From the human T2T-CHM13v2.0 reference genome, Homo sapiens: 64,000 nucleotides of DNA. The position numbers and the translations under genes are program-made. Shown one piece after another: positions 1-13,812 of this stretch. The stretch is taken from NCBI RefSeq assembly GCF_009914755.1, contig NC_060930.1. The stretch is one strand, 5' to 3'. The notes under the pieces are model-generated. The model had not been told where the DNA came from. It searched no databases and saw nothing but the letters and a program-made list of their open reading frames with translations. Positions within the stretch are counted from its first letter, which is position 1, and the number at the start of each line of letters is the position of its first letter.

Positions 1-592
1 TCTATGTGGTGAAAAAATTAGTTTGTTATAACTTGTTTACATAAAATTGAATGAAATGGGAAAAACATCTTTAAAGTCTTACCGAGAGAATACGTTGTAG
101 GTTAGGAACTAGGGGTGTGTGTGTTTACTTGGAGAACTGTTTTGCTGCTGGTGAAATATTCTGCTAAGTGGTGAGCACACACCTGACCCAATAGCCATCA
201 TTACTTAAGCTGTTTCTCCTTTATAAAATATTCTTGGGATGTTTGAATTTAGAGGAAAGGAATAAGAAAGGAGAAATGAGTATATGCAGAGTGACAGTTG
301 CTAAAAGCCATTGAAATGTTAGTTGCTGGTAAACTATATACCAAATTATAATGCTTCTGTGTATTGTTAGAATGAGAAATGTTTGTATCAGACCTTTGCA
401 TGTATGTGGAAGAGGGCCCAACCTGGCTGGGCTGGATTTGCTAAAGACTCGAAGCTCAACCAAAATTCCTCTCTTTGAAATGAGAGAGGTTTTTTTGTTT
501 GTTTGTTTGTTTGTTTTTTAAACTTTTTGACAACTATCTTATCATTAACCCTGGTTTGGCCTCTGTTACCTTTAAAGGCTAAAATCATTTAA

Positions 593-1053
<461 letters not shown>

Positions 1054-1285
1054 TAAGTATACTTCTTTCTCAGTCTTAAGAGAAAGGCCTTGACCTAGAA
1101 ACCTTTATCATCCAATATTTTCTATGCCAGGATAACTACGACACTTACAGTTAAGTATTCTGGGGAAGTACCAGGAAGTGATTGACTCAAGTATTAGGAT
1201 TTGAGGTAAAATGGACTTAAATTGCTCATCTACATTCTCTTTATCTGAGGTCATTTAGTCTATTTAAAAAAAAAAAAAAAAAAAA

Positions 1286-1618
<333 letters not shown>

Positions 1619-2224
1619 CTATATTCTCTCCATTCCTGTAAGAATTCCTATTTGTTATTTTTCTACCTTCCCCGTCAGTCCCCCTTTCACATATTCTGTA
1701 TTTTCTTTTCTCAAATTACAATTCAGTACATTTGTTTGGAAATGTGGATCTATATCTCTCAAGTCTAAGACTATTGTGTAGGTAGAGAAGCCTGAAATTC
1801 CTGGAGTTTGCATAAGGACCTTTTAGTTGATATATAATTCTTCCCAGTCAAAAGTGTTGATTATTTTTATATTATTGCTAAAGAAAGGTTTTGCTTAACA
1901 GCTTTGCATTTTGAAGTTGTGGAGACTTTCTAAACTATTGAAAAGGATGGTATGTAAGCACCCTGGGACACGAGTTATCAATTGATTTTGCCACAAATCT
2001 TTCCAATTATCAGAGCTGGTCTGAGGATCTCTTATGGCCTAATTTTGGCTTTTCTTACCCCCTTGATAATATTCTACCTGTCATACTGTCCTTTCATTAA
2101 ATATTTTTATATTGTTTTATATATGATTTTACTTAAATAAGTAAATGAATATAAAAAGCGAGAAAATTTTATGACATAGTTATGGCAAATTAACATTTAT
2201 TGGTTGAAATACTACCTCTTAATG

Positions 2225-2453
2225 CAGTTTTTCAAACTGGGTATTGTCACTCATTAGTGGGTAGACAATTTAATGGGTCATGATTAGTATTTAAAAAATT
2301 CTGAGTAGAATAGAAAATATCAGTGTATTGCACATAGTAAAGTTATTTTGTGAAACCTTTGTTTGACTTGCATTGAGTTGAAAATAATGTGTAATGGGTT
2401 ATAATGTAAATATGTGTATATTACTATTATGATTTTAAGTTTGAAACCCAGTG
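2225..2453. mobile_element. MER103C-like hAT-Charlie fossil
   Basis: TIR-like ends cagtttttcaaactg...agtttgaaacccagtg; internal tagaatagaaaatatcag resembles remembered consensus. Confidence 0.7.
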
Positions 2454-3463
2454 AACTGCAGGAGTATGGCTTTGGAAAATCTTGGAATCTAATTTGCTTT
2501 GTAAAATAGGGAATATTTCATTTGTGTCTTCAGGCAAGAGGTTAATAGTTGATTTCTTGTGATCTTTGTCAGTTCTGAGCTGTTGAGTAGTTTAGAAATG
2601 AAGCTTAAACTAGACCTGATAGCCTACTACAGTGTTAAAATACATATGAAAAGTCAAGCATAGAGTCTAATGAATATTCCTGCCTCTTACAAAGGTAGAA
2701 ATGATACTGCCTATGGTATTTTTTTTTGTTTGAGTGCAAATCCAATTCATGAATTTGTGCATTTTAGTTGACCAGTGTTTAATATTTAGGAATAGTTAGT
2801 ACCTAATTCATGATGACCTCTTGTTCTAGCATATTGAAGGCCAGCTATCATTAAAGCAGTGCTTTTCACAGAATGGTTTTGCTGACCTCCTAAATAGAAG
2901 TGTGGATGGCAGAAGCATCAAAGAGGATGATCACAAGTGGGGAAGGCAGAAATTTTAAAAGAACTGACTGAAGTAACTCCTCTACTAATGTGACACCATC
3001 TCTATCCCCCACAAACCCTTGGAAATACTAGTTTTGGGAGAAGAGAGGAGTATGGTGACTAGAAAGTAGCTATAACCTGTTGATCATTGTATACTTTATA
3101 AGGCAGTGAGTCAGAAGATATGTTTAAGAAATGGAAGGTTGTTGGAGTAGCTCTGATGACAGATGCTTATCATAAGGCAAACTTAATATATGTTCCACAG
3201 TGTTCAGAATACCACTTGGTCGGTGGACTTTTAAATGTGTGCATACTTAATTTTTAATAAACCGTAGACATGGTATATTTAAACATACTGTTTCATTTAA
3301 GACTAACTTTTAAGAAATTTGCTATCACGTGGTTCACATATGATGTACAAGTGTATAGTTGCATGAGATAAAGCTGGAAGATGACATGAAAAATTTAATT
3401 GTGGTAGTCTCAGAGTAAGAGTAATTGGGGAGCTTTAAATTTTAATTTTGTCTGTGTTTTCAG

Positions 3464-3614
3464 ATTTAAGTATTAATGTAATTGCACAAATTACAAATGT
3501 TTAAAAAGTGAAGTGAATTTATACAATCTAGAAGTGGTTTGTTTCTTTCTGGAATGAGCAAAATAAAATTAGCTATCGCCTGCAGCATTGGGAATCTAAG
3601 TGTTGACATCTAAG
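3464..3614 (+). other. Candidate non-coding/cassette exon (151 nt)
   Basis: Acceptor ttttgtctgtgttttcag| at 3463 and strong donor AAG|gtgagt at 3615; no long ORF. Confidence 0.35.
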
Positions 3615-4107
3615 GTGAGTGATATAACAATGCTGGGCGCAGGGTGAAATGGTAGATAAACCAAAATGCTAACATTTTTCTTGAAAGTGACTTGAGTTTC
3701 ATGATAGTTCCAGAAGAGGATAACAAATTCCCATTTCATAACAAGTAAATTAAAATATTTCCTTATGAACTTGCAACTTAGTGGTTGCAGTTACATACTA
3801 ATCTCTTTCCTGCTTTCATTTCCTGTTAGAATACCAGAGTAAAAGTGGTCTGATTCTAGTCACTTTTGAAAAGCAAAGAGTTGTAGGTTACAGCTGAATT
3901 TTGAGGCTTTACAGTAAGAGAAACAGAGTGAGTCTGACAAATTTTAAGCTCATATATTTTCCTTTTAGAAATGTAGGAACTCTGCACAAATAATGTAGAA
4001 ACAAATTACCAATTTCAATACAAAAAATTTTGCAGGATAGTGGAATTTGTAAGCTTGTCATACCTTGATTTTTTGAATTCACCTTTTCCCAAAAGAAAGC
4101 AACTGTT

Positions 4108-4431
<324 letters not shown>

Positions 4432-4719
4432 TTAAGACGAAGTGTTTGAATAGAGTATTTCTGTTTTTGTAATCTTTTTGACTTGATTGCTTTTGTATAC
4501 TCTTTGATTTCTTCTAAGCCAGACGCCCAAGAGGGATTTCTCGTGTAACACACACACACATTTTGGTCATGTGTTTGTTAAAAGGGGACAGCTCAACTTA
4601 CCAGGCTCTTCTTAACCATTATGTGTCTGTTGGTAGGTATCTGTTGGATGGTTGGGTGTCTGACATTCAGAATATCCACAAACCCACCCAGAAGTAACAA
4701 ATGTTAATGTTTTGCCTTT

Positions 4720-5220
4720 TTTCTTATCACACTAAAAAGGGCACTAAAATGTCACAGTTTTCTTTTACCCTAGTCATCATCTTCCCAACTCAGAGACAAC
4801 TACTCTCCTTCTTATCCTTGTATTTACACTTTTTATTATGAATGGGCATTTATATAAATATTGTTATGATTCTGTTTTTAAAATGTTTAAATGGTATTTT
4901 GTACTAGTCTACAACCTGTATTCTTTTAAATAATGCTTTTAGAAACTAATCATGTTGACACGTTGCTCTTGTTCATTTTAACTATAATATTCCATTATAA
5001 TTAATGTCTAGATTTACCTAGAACAATCTCCGTTTATGCATTTTGTGCCAGTGAAAATACTAATAGTACCTCTTTGTACCAAACTGGTACTATTGTAAGT
5101 GTACCAATTTGTTTGATACATTAATTGGTCACCTTCATTATAATGTGCCCTAATTTATTTATCTAGTCCCCTGTAGAGGGACATTTGTTTTCAGTGGCCA
5201 TTTTTATACCACAGTTGCAA
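4720..5220 (-). mobile_element. Old L1 (L1ME-like) 3' fragment interrupted by MER94
   Basis: Degenerate L1 3'UTR motifs (taatattccattat...aatttatttatctagtcccctg...ggacattt). Confidence 0.5.
5003..5135. mobile_element. MER94-like hAT-Blackjack fossil
   Basis: Resembles MER94, ending ...aagtgtaccaatttg...attggtcacctt; flanked by cattataat repeats. Confidence 0.55.
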
Positions 5221-5846
5221 TCCTGTGTTTTCTCTCTCTCTTTTTTTCAGCACTTGCTTGACTATGTTAAAAGAATGTTTCTGTAGGAAACTCTGTTCTT
5301 TATGGTGTAGCCTCCCTTACTCTGAAATGCAAGCAAGACTCGGGCAACAGTTCCTTAACGGATTAGCAGTGCTGGACTGTGGCAGCCTTTTCTAATCTCT
5401 TAGTCTATAGCAGTTTGATGTCTTACTAATAAGCATTCTTAAATTGTGTGGTTAATTATTATGCTAGTCAAGATACATGAAGCAGTGTGTTAAAGATGAT
5501 GATGATGATGATGTTATGGAAATTATGTCAAAAATAATTGTTGCATTTCTAACGGGAAACAGTGCTCAGTGCTGTGAAATAGCTGAGAGGTGGCTTCTTT
5601 CAGGCCTCAAGTGGGAAAATTGTGACCATGTGTTAGAGTATGATAGGGAAAATGGAAGAAATTTAGTAGTTACTAGGTCTTTTAAGATAGTTTAGTCTGT
5701 CACTTGGCTTTATTTCTTCCCTCATGTTGGTCTAAAGCTGTAGTCTCTTTGTGGTAGACAGGATTATCCATTGTGGCATAGAGAGAAAATGTTAGAATTC
5801 CTACTTGTGTTTATTTTTGTCCTGTATACATAATATCATTGGTATC

Positions 5847-6309
5847 TGTATTAGTTTCCTAGGGTTGCCACAACAAATTGCCATACACTTGGTGGTTTAA
5901 AACAACAGAAGTTTATTCTCTCACAGTTCTGGAGGCCAGAAGTCTAAAACCAAGGTAATGGCAGGGTTGGTTTCCTCTAGAACCTTTGAGGGAGAATTCA
6001 TTCCATGCTGCTGCTTGTTTCTGGCTTGTCAATAGTTCTTGGCATTCCTTTGCTCATAGACATATCATTCTAGTCTCTGCTTCATCCACATGGCCTTCTC
6101 CCCTGTGAGTCTCTATCTTTCCCTCTTCTGTCTCCTCTAAGGACAATTGTCATTGGCTCAGTCTTATCCCGGATTATCTCATCTGGAAATCCTTAACTTA
6201 ATTACATCTGCAGAAGCTTTTTTTCCCAAAATTATCACATTCACAGATTCTGGGTGGACATATTTTGGGAGGTGGGGACAGGGACAGGGTGCATCATTCA
6301 GTCCACTAC
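5847..6309 (-). mobile_element. MLT1 (MLT1B/C-like) MaLR solo LTR
   Basis: tgtattagtttcctagggttgcc...aaacaacagaagtttattctctcacagttctggaggccagaagtc...attcagtccactac. Confidence 0.85.
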
Positions 6310-6494
6310 GGGAATATGTAACTACTTTTAAAACAGAAATGGAAGAGATGTGCACTCAAATTTTATGCTGATGGTACACCTTTATCAAAGCTTGGAGACT
6401 TCTAGTTTAGAGAACTGTTTGGGTTGGATACAGTTGGCCTCTTTTCATGTAATTAGACGACCCTCTGTGACATGAAAAGTAGTATAAGAGTTAA

Positions 6495-6842
<348 letters not shown>

Positions 6843-7278
6843 CTAATACAGGCTACTGTATCAGAATGACCAGGCTTAGGTTTATGGGCTCCCTTTTAGA
6901 CTTGTCAGGAATATGGATAACTTTCAGATAGACTCAGAAAAGCACGGGACTGTTTTGTGCTTCAGAGGCTTTGGCTCCACCAAGTTTCAGATACTTAGCG
7001 TAATTCTTGTTCTGGCTGTTGCCTTTGTGTGTGAATTAGAAGATTATGATGAGGTTGCTTTTTGACATTTTTCCTGGATATAATACCCACTTGTACTTAA
7101 TTCTTAGTCCACAGTAGGGATGATGAGTAAAAAGATGGGACATTATTTTTGGGCCATTAATGTATGACTAAAATATCATCTTTCATGCTATAAAATTTTA
7201 TACCCTTTAAAAGCTTCAGTGCTTAGCTGGTTCTTGCAGTGTAAAGTAGATCTAACTGTATGTTAACAGTCTTAACTA

Positions 7279-7458
7279 TTTTTTTTTTAATTTATAAAGA
7301 AAAGAGGTTTGATTGGCTCACAGTTCTGCAGGCTGTACAGGAAGCATAGTACTGGCATCTGCTTCTGGGGAGGTCTCTGGAAGTTCCCAGTGATGGCAGA
7401 AGGCCAAGCAAGAACTTGCATATCACATGGCAAAAGCAGGAGCAAGAAAGAGAGAGTG
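7279..7458 (-). mobile_element. MST (MSTA/B-like) LTR fragment with polyA tail and TSD
   Basis: aatttataaagaaaagaggtttgattggctcacagttctgcaggctgtacaggaagcat...; preceded by T10; 15-bp direct repeats flank. Confidence 0.85.
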
Positions 7459-7799
7459 ACAATTTTAACTATTATCAAAGGTTGTTTTACATTTCTTAAT
7501 TTACTTTTAAACTAAATATTGGGGAGAGAGAAGAAAAAATACCTTAAGACTTCCGGCTTGAAGAAAAAGAAAAATGACACATAATCTTAAATGGAGAATG
7601 CTGAAAGACAGATATTTTAGTAGTGGAACAAGAATTAGTTTTTGTGAAAAAAGAGAGGAAAGGCATAGACAATTACATGGGTTTTTGTTTGTTTTTGTTT
7701 TTAAAGGCAGTAAAATCCTGAAATGAAATAATTGCAATTGTAACTAAGATTGCTGCAGCCCTTTTATATTATGAAGTCCTTTAATACAATATTATCACA

Positions 7800-7930
7800 T
7801 TTGATTCTTACAATGTTGGTGATTTTATAGCTCCATTTTACAGATAAGGAAACTGACTCAAATGGGTTAACTCATGTTCCCAAGATTAAATAAATTTTAA
7901 AGAACTGAGATTTGATCAATGGAAGTTTAG
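7800..7930 (-). mobile_element. MIR fragment
   Basis: Core ccatttttacagataaggaaactga. Confidence 0.65.
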
Positions 7931-10900
7931 ACTTGGATCTAATCTCCACTGTTTGATGTTATTAGGATGAAAGTAGTAGACTTAGATGGAATTGTACTGT
8001 GAAAACCAAAGCTAAATAGATTAGTCGGGATTGTACTGTGAGAATGTAACAGTAACATTGTTTTGCATTTGTGTGTAGGAGTATTCTCTTTTCTTCTGCT
8101 CTTTTCTTTTAGTTCAGTTGTAGTTTGCCTCTAGATCCCCTCATAATCAGAGAAACAGTGCTGAAAGCTTCACAAGAGTAGCTAATTTAGGAAAAGGTGT
8201 GCATATGTGGTGGGGGGAGTGTTTTTGTCTAACACATTTTCTGTTTTGGTGGTGAGATCTTCATTTCTTAACATCTTTCTTGTTCTTGTTCATATGACTT
8301 TTAGCTCATTAACCTTGCTCTCTGTGCTGCGTAGTGAAGCACCATTTCTATTTAGTCTCCTGTGTTTAGCTTCTCAGAAGAATTTTTTTGAAAATGTTTG
8401 GAAGTGTGATTTAATTGCAAGGCTGTTTGCACATTGTCAGTGTGAAAGCAAAGATGAATTTCGTATTTAGACTGTGCAACCTGCAGATTTCATTTGTTAA
8501 ACCTTCCAGTTGGTACTCCCGTTCTCTCATACATGTGTGCATAATAATAGTATGGAAAAAAACTCCTGTTTTGTTGTATCCATATTTATCAGTTTGGTTG
8601 AGTTATGGAAAAGCCTGTCCTTTGCTTTGTGTATTTGCTCATTTGGAAACCTTGTATAGTTTATAGAGACACTAGTGATTTGTTCCCCAGCTTCCCTGTG
8701 GATTTTGTTCCATATTACAATCTAATTCCACCTCTCTGTCCCATACTCCTGAGCTGTTAATTTGTACATTTCGATGCCGTTTGTTTCATCCTGTGTTTTT
8801 TAATCCAAACTGAGTGTAATGAGCTGTGTGCTTTAGGGACCTGGCTTTGCCTTGCCAATTAGAACAAAGTGGTTACTGAGTAAGAGTATGTTTTAAATAA
8901 AACATGGCACCTCTGAATGGTGCTGATACTCATTTGGGAATAAAAGAGATGGTTTTAACCCTTTGACTCACAAAGAAGAGCCATTATAAAAGATCATATA
9001 TATATATATTTTTTTCTTTGAAAAGAAGGGTAAAGTTTACCTCCATAAAATGTGGTTTTACAAGTTTCTTAAGGTAACTAAATAAATTTAAAAGTTTGTC
9101 ATTAAAAATGTACTTTTTTCCTTCATGATCATTTGAGACATGTTAGCAAAATTCTGTAAATTTATGAATATTGAACCAATGGCTGCTGCTGAATTTTGAA
9201 TTTGTTCATGTTTAGGAAGGTGAGGGTATATGAAACCAATAGATATGTCAGCCTCTTTTTATTTTTATAATATATCAAGCCAAGTTTTCAATTTAGTGGT
9301 GACACTCCTTCCCCCAGAGATACTTAAAAATTATGAAGGTGAATGTAAGCTTCTACAATCTTGTGGGAATATTATTTTCAGATAATTGAATTTTGAGCCA
9401 TCAATGACTTAAGGCTATTTGGAAGTTTAGCTGCACTTTCACCAAATATTTATAGCACAGATGTTTCTGAATAGACCATAGGCTAATAGTTTACTAATTC
9501 ACGTCATAGAGAGACACTTCATCAGTTACTTCTGTTATTGTATTTGCATCTACCCTAAAAATAGAGTTCTCTTTTTAGCTGATATAGCAGATAAACTGTA
9601 ATTCATCATTGGAATAAGGAAAACATAAAACTTACTTTGAAGAAAAAGTGGGACTGTATCAAAAACTTTGAAATAAAGACATCCAAGGGAAAGCTAGACG
9701 TAGAAAGACTTGGTGACAGGTTTAGACAACATTATAGCATGTATTAACCTATGCAAACAAGAGAGAACAAAAGGAATGCATTTCTGTAGAACAGTTCAAT
9801 TAAAAAGTATGTAGGAGTATCATGTTGAAAAAAAAGGTTTCTAGAAAAATGATGTCTGTAGTAGAGGAGGCCAGTTAATTGGACTAAGTGAAACTAAACA
9901 TAGGCATTTCTAACATTGTACTGGGAAAGTCTTGCAAGCCCTACTGCTGGTTTGAAGAGACGATCATTGTAACAGTATTACTAAATGCCCTGTACTTCAG
10001 ATTTGAAGATTAACCTCCATATTGCTAGTACTTTAAATTGTTCAGTTTTCTGAGTAAAGATATTAAAGTTTAAATGTGCTTCCATCTTCTCCTCAACACT
10101 GTTTTAACCTGTAGCTAAACTGACAGTCCAGGAGATTGAATTTTGTTTAAAAATGTTTGATATCTGTAGAGAACACTGTATTTTCCAGCTTTGCATAAAG
10201 TGACAGTGTTTTCCTTAACTCATATGTTTTAGGATCCAGTAGCTGTTAATTTCCATGCCTGAAGCACAAATTAATGTCAGGAAATCTTTCTCAAAAATTA
10301 TTTTCATGCAGGTCCCAGGCTTCCAATGGCAACTGAAAGCTGGGTTATTCATTTCTCCTATACCTGTTACTCAGTGTGCATCATAAGTATTTGTAAACAC
10401 TGGTTTTGCTTTTAGGAACTCTAGAAGTGCGAATCCCATTAATCATGTGATATTAGTAAATGATGATCATAGAATATTTGAGTGGAAAGAATTTTAGAGC
10501 CCTTTTCTTACCAAAACACTGGTACTCAGTCCAAATGTCTACTGAATTAATGAGTTTCAAAGTAAACTGAAGTGGTGAGGGTAAAGTGGCTTATTATTTC
10601 ATCTTTTATTTGCATACTTCAACCTCAGTTTCCTTTCTCCTTCCAGTGTTACATGCTATATTAGTAATCTTGAAGATGAGACTAGAAATAAATCTATAAC
10701 AAAGTTGCAACAACCCTTTAATTTGTAGATACTGCTTTAGGATTGTATGCCTTTTTCTGTTTACTATCTCTTAATTCAGGTGCTGTTAGTCTTGCAGGTA
10801 AACATTCATTGTTCTGTAGAGTTGATACAGTTGTCAAATTTTTGTGTATTTGTGTGTATGTGGGTTTATGCACATGCATACAGTTATTTAGATGTGTTGA

Positions 10901-11466
10901 TTATAATTTTTAATTAAAATTTTTATTTAAATATGACAGTTGGATTTTATATGAGATTTTATACCATATAGCAATTACAAGAAGAACTAAAACGTCCAAA
11001 AACACTATCTGCATCATTAGTACCTTAAAGAAATTTCCCCAAACTTGATGAAAATCTTTATTATAGATTTTTAAAAAACCCATGATAAAGTGTTTCATGT
11101 TCTAAGATACATACTCTGTGGAAATGGATCTTTTTTATAGTGTCCCTCTATCAAGTAGCCTGGGTTTATAAAATATCACAGAGACAAAATTCTTTTCTCA
11201 AAATCCCTACATGGCCCTACAAGAGGAGGAGCCTAAAAAAAGAAAAGAGAAAAAACTGTGTGTATGCTTCCCTTAGGCCAAAATTTGTCTTCATTGAATG
11301 GGAAAGGCAAAACTACTAAATCGGTTTTTCTTTTGTGATGACTGAGGTCTTGTGTTTTGACCTACAGCGTATATCACGTGGAGAAAGGTGCTTCATATAA
11401 CTTGGGTAGCAATTTGAGAACTTAAGTAATGACAATACTAGGTATTTAATATTTTTTCTTTTGGGC

Positions 11467-12039
11467 TGATACCAGTGGGCTGGGGGAGGTCCCTAAATGC
11501 CAGTGGGACATCAACTCTGATCAATGGTCAGGCTCTTGACAGTGTCTTCAGTAGGAATTCAAGGATGAGTTGGAAAATAGTGAAATGTACTAAGATTTAT
11601 TGCAAAATGAAAAGTACATGCTCAAGAAAGGGGAGTGCGAGCATACTCCAGACAGGGTTTGGCTTCTATCTGTATGGGTTTCTTTAATCAAGGGGTGGAG
11701 TATTCATGAAGATTTCTGGAAAAAGGTGAAAATTTCTCAACTTTAGTGCCACCCATTTTTACACCAGTATGGGTGCTCCCGGAACTGTCTTGGCATTGGT
11801 GGGTGTGATTTAGTATGTTAATGAGCATATAATGAGGTCCTAGGTGAAACCTAGGTCAAATCCAGTGCCATGTTGGGTCCACTTCGTCTTAGCTAGCTTA
11901 ACCCACACTCTGCTTTTCAGGGTCTTCTTGGCTCCTAGCTTATGTATGTATTTCAACAGTTTCCTTTTTGCTAGTCATGTGAAACTGCTGCCTGGAATTT
12001 TCTTTTCCCCTTCAACCACCCTGTATTATTCCTGTCTCA
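11467..12039 (-). mobile_element. ERV1 solo LTR (LTR19-like)
   Basis: TG...CA termini, 4-bp TSD GGGC (11463-11466/12040-12043), minus-strand start TGAGACAGGAATAATACAGGGTGG, AATAAA on minus strand. Confidence 0.8.
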
Positions 12040-12140
12040 GGGCTTGGGGGAAACTATATGGTATTCTGGAAAAATACCACGTGGAGGCAGATAATTTTGG
12101 ACAATGGGAAATTTTGCATTGGAAGATCATTGACATAGTC

Positions 12141-12409
12141 TTTTTTTCAAGACAGAGTCTCGCTCTGTCTCCCAGGGTGGATTGCAGTGGTGCAGTCTTG
12201 GCTCACTGCAACCTCTGCCTCTCCGGTTCAAACAGTTCTCCTGCTTCAGCCTCCCTGCACCACCATGCCCAGCTAATTTTTGTATTTTTAGTAGAGATGA
12301 GGTTTTGCCATGTTGGCTAGTCTAGTCTCGAACTCCTGAACTCCAGTGATCCACCTGCCTTGGCCTCCCAAAGTGTTAGGATTATAGGTGTGAGCCATGG
12401 CACCCGGCC
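12141..12409 (-). mobile_element. Alu (AluS) with small internal deletion
   Basis: TSD gacatagtctt both sides; agtagctgggattacagg segment missing after cagcctcc. Confidence 0.92.
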
Positions 12410-13465
12410 GACATAGTCTTATTTTAGTTATCAGTGGTAATTTATTTTTGGACACACCATATGGTTTAATCTTTATAAAGCAAAAATGAATGTCTTGTCT
12501 AAAACACTGTTTTATATAGTTGTCATATAAAATACCTGACTTTGTTTTAGCAGACTTTTTCCTTTTTTGGTGTCAATACTCTGAGTTTATGAAAAGCACA
12601 GCTCTTGCTTGAGTGCTTATCAGACACCTGGATACCTGAGGCACTGCTGGTCACCACTTCTTGTTAAAATTTGGTCAGTGATTCTAGTTGCATTATAAAT
12701 TAAAATTCAGAGAAACAACCCCACCCTAACATCAGAGTGGTGTTTTTGGTATCTTAAAGGGTTGGTGTGGTTTGTTTAGTGGCTCCATTGAAAGGCTGCC
12801 TAGGACTTCTGTCTGAATTTTAGATGGACATAAATACAGGGTATTCATTGTGGAGGTTCAGAGTGAGAGAATAATGGGGAATGTAAAAGCATACAAGTCT
12901 GTTTTTTAAAAACTGCAACCAAGGGAACCTTTTCAAAGTACACTGTAAAGGTCAAGTGTCTTGTATTTCCTACCTGATCTCTATGTGACTGAATGGAGGC
13001 TATTTCACTTCTGATTTATAAGATACTTACCATGACTCAAGGTTTTGTGAACATCTGACATTATTAGCGCTTTTGTCTTTTGCATGGCTCCACCCTTAAG
13101 AAGGAAAACACAGACCTAGTTTACATTTAGAGAAGCCCTTCCCTATAGGCCTTTGTCGCACAGCTCAAAAGAGCAACAACCTTAGAAAAGTAATTGGGTT
13201 TTTCAAAACACAAAATTACAATTTTTCCCCCCATTCCTTCATGCACACTGTAAAGTTACCAGGATACCCTTTCTCAATAGTTTAAAATTGTGACCTATTT
13301 TTTTCCCCCTTTTTGGTGTCCTGATCAGGGTTGGGGGAGAGGGAAGCATTAATTTTTTTACTAATTTCCCTTGAATTCACCAGTGCCTTAATTTCTCACA
13401 GCATTATCAAATAATTGATGTTTATGCTGTTTTGGAAACTGGCTTTTAACAAGTGTTTTTGCTAT

Positions 13466-13812
13466 AGCGTGAATGAACCTTGACAACATTATGCTAAGTG
13501 AAATAAGCCAGTCACAAAAAGAACAAATACTATTTATTCTGCTTACGTGACGTACCTACAGTAGTCATATTCATAGAGACAAATAGAATGGTGGTTTCCA
13601 GGGGCTAGAGGGTGGGGGAACTGGAGAGTTGTTTAATGGATAAAGAAAGTCAATTTGGGAAGATGAAAAAAAGCTCTGGAGATGGATGTTAAAGCTCTGG
13701 AGATGGATATTAGTGGCAGTAGTTGCACAACAACGTGAATGTACTTAATGCCACTGGAACTGTACGATTAAAAACGGTTAAGATGGTAAATTTTATGTTA
13801 TGTGCACCTAAC
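13466..13812 (+). mobile_element. L1MB-like 3' end
   Basis: gaaccttgacaacattatgctaagtgaaataagccagtcacaaaa...ggttaagatggtaaattttatgttatg. Confidence 0.85.

Noticed and set aside
5494-5513. (GAT)n giving poly-Asp ORF and C-box-like TGATGA
   Set aside because: Short microsatellite; no matching D box/terminal stem or coding support
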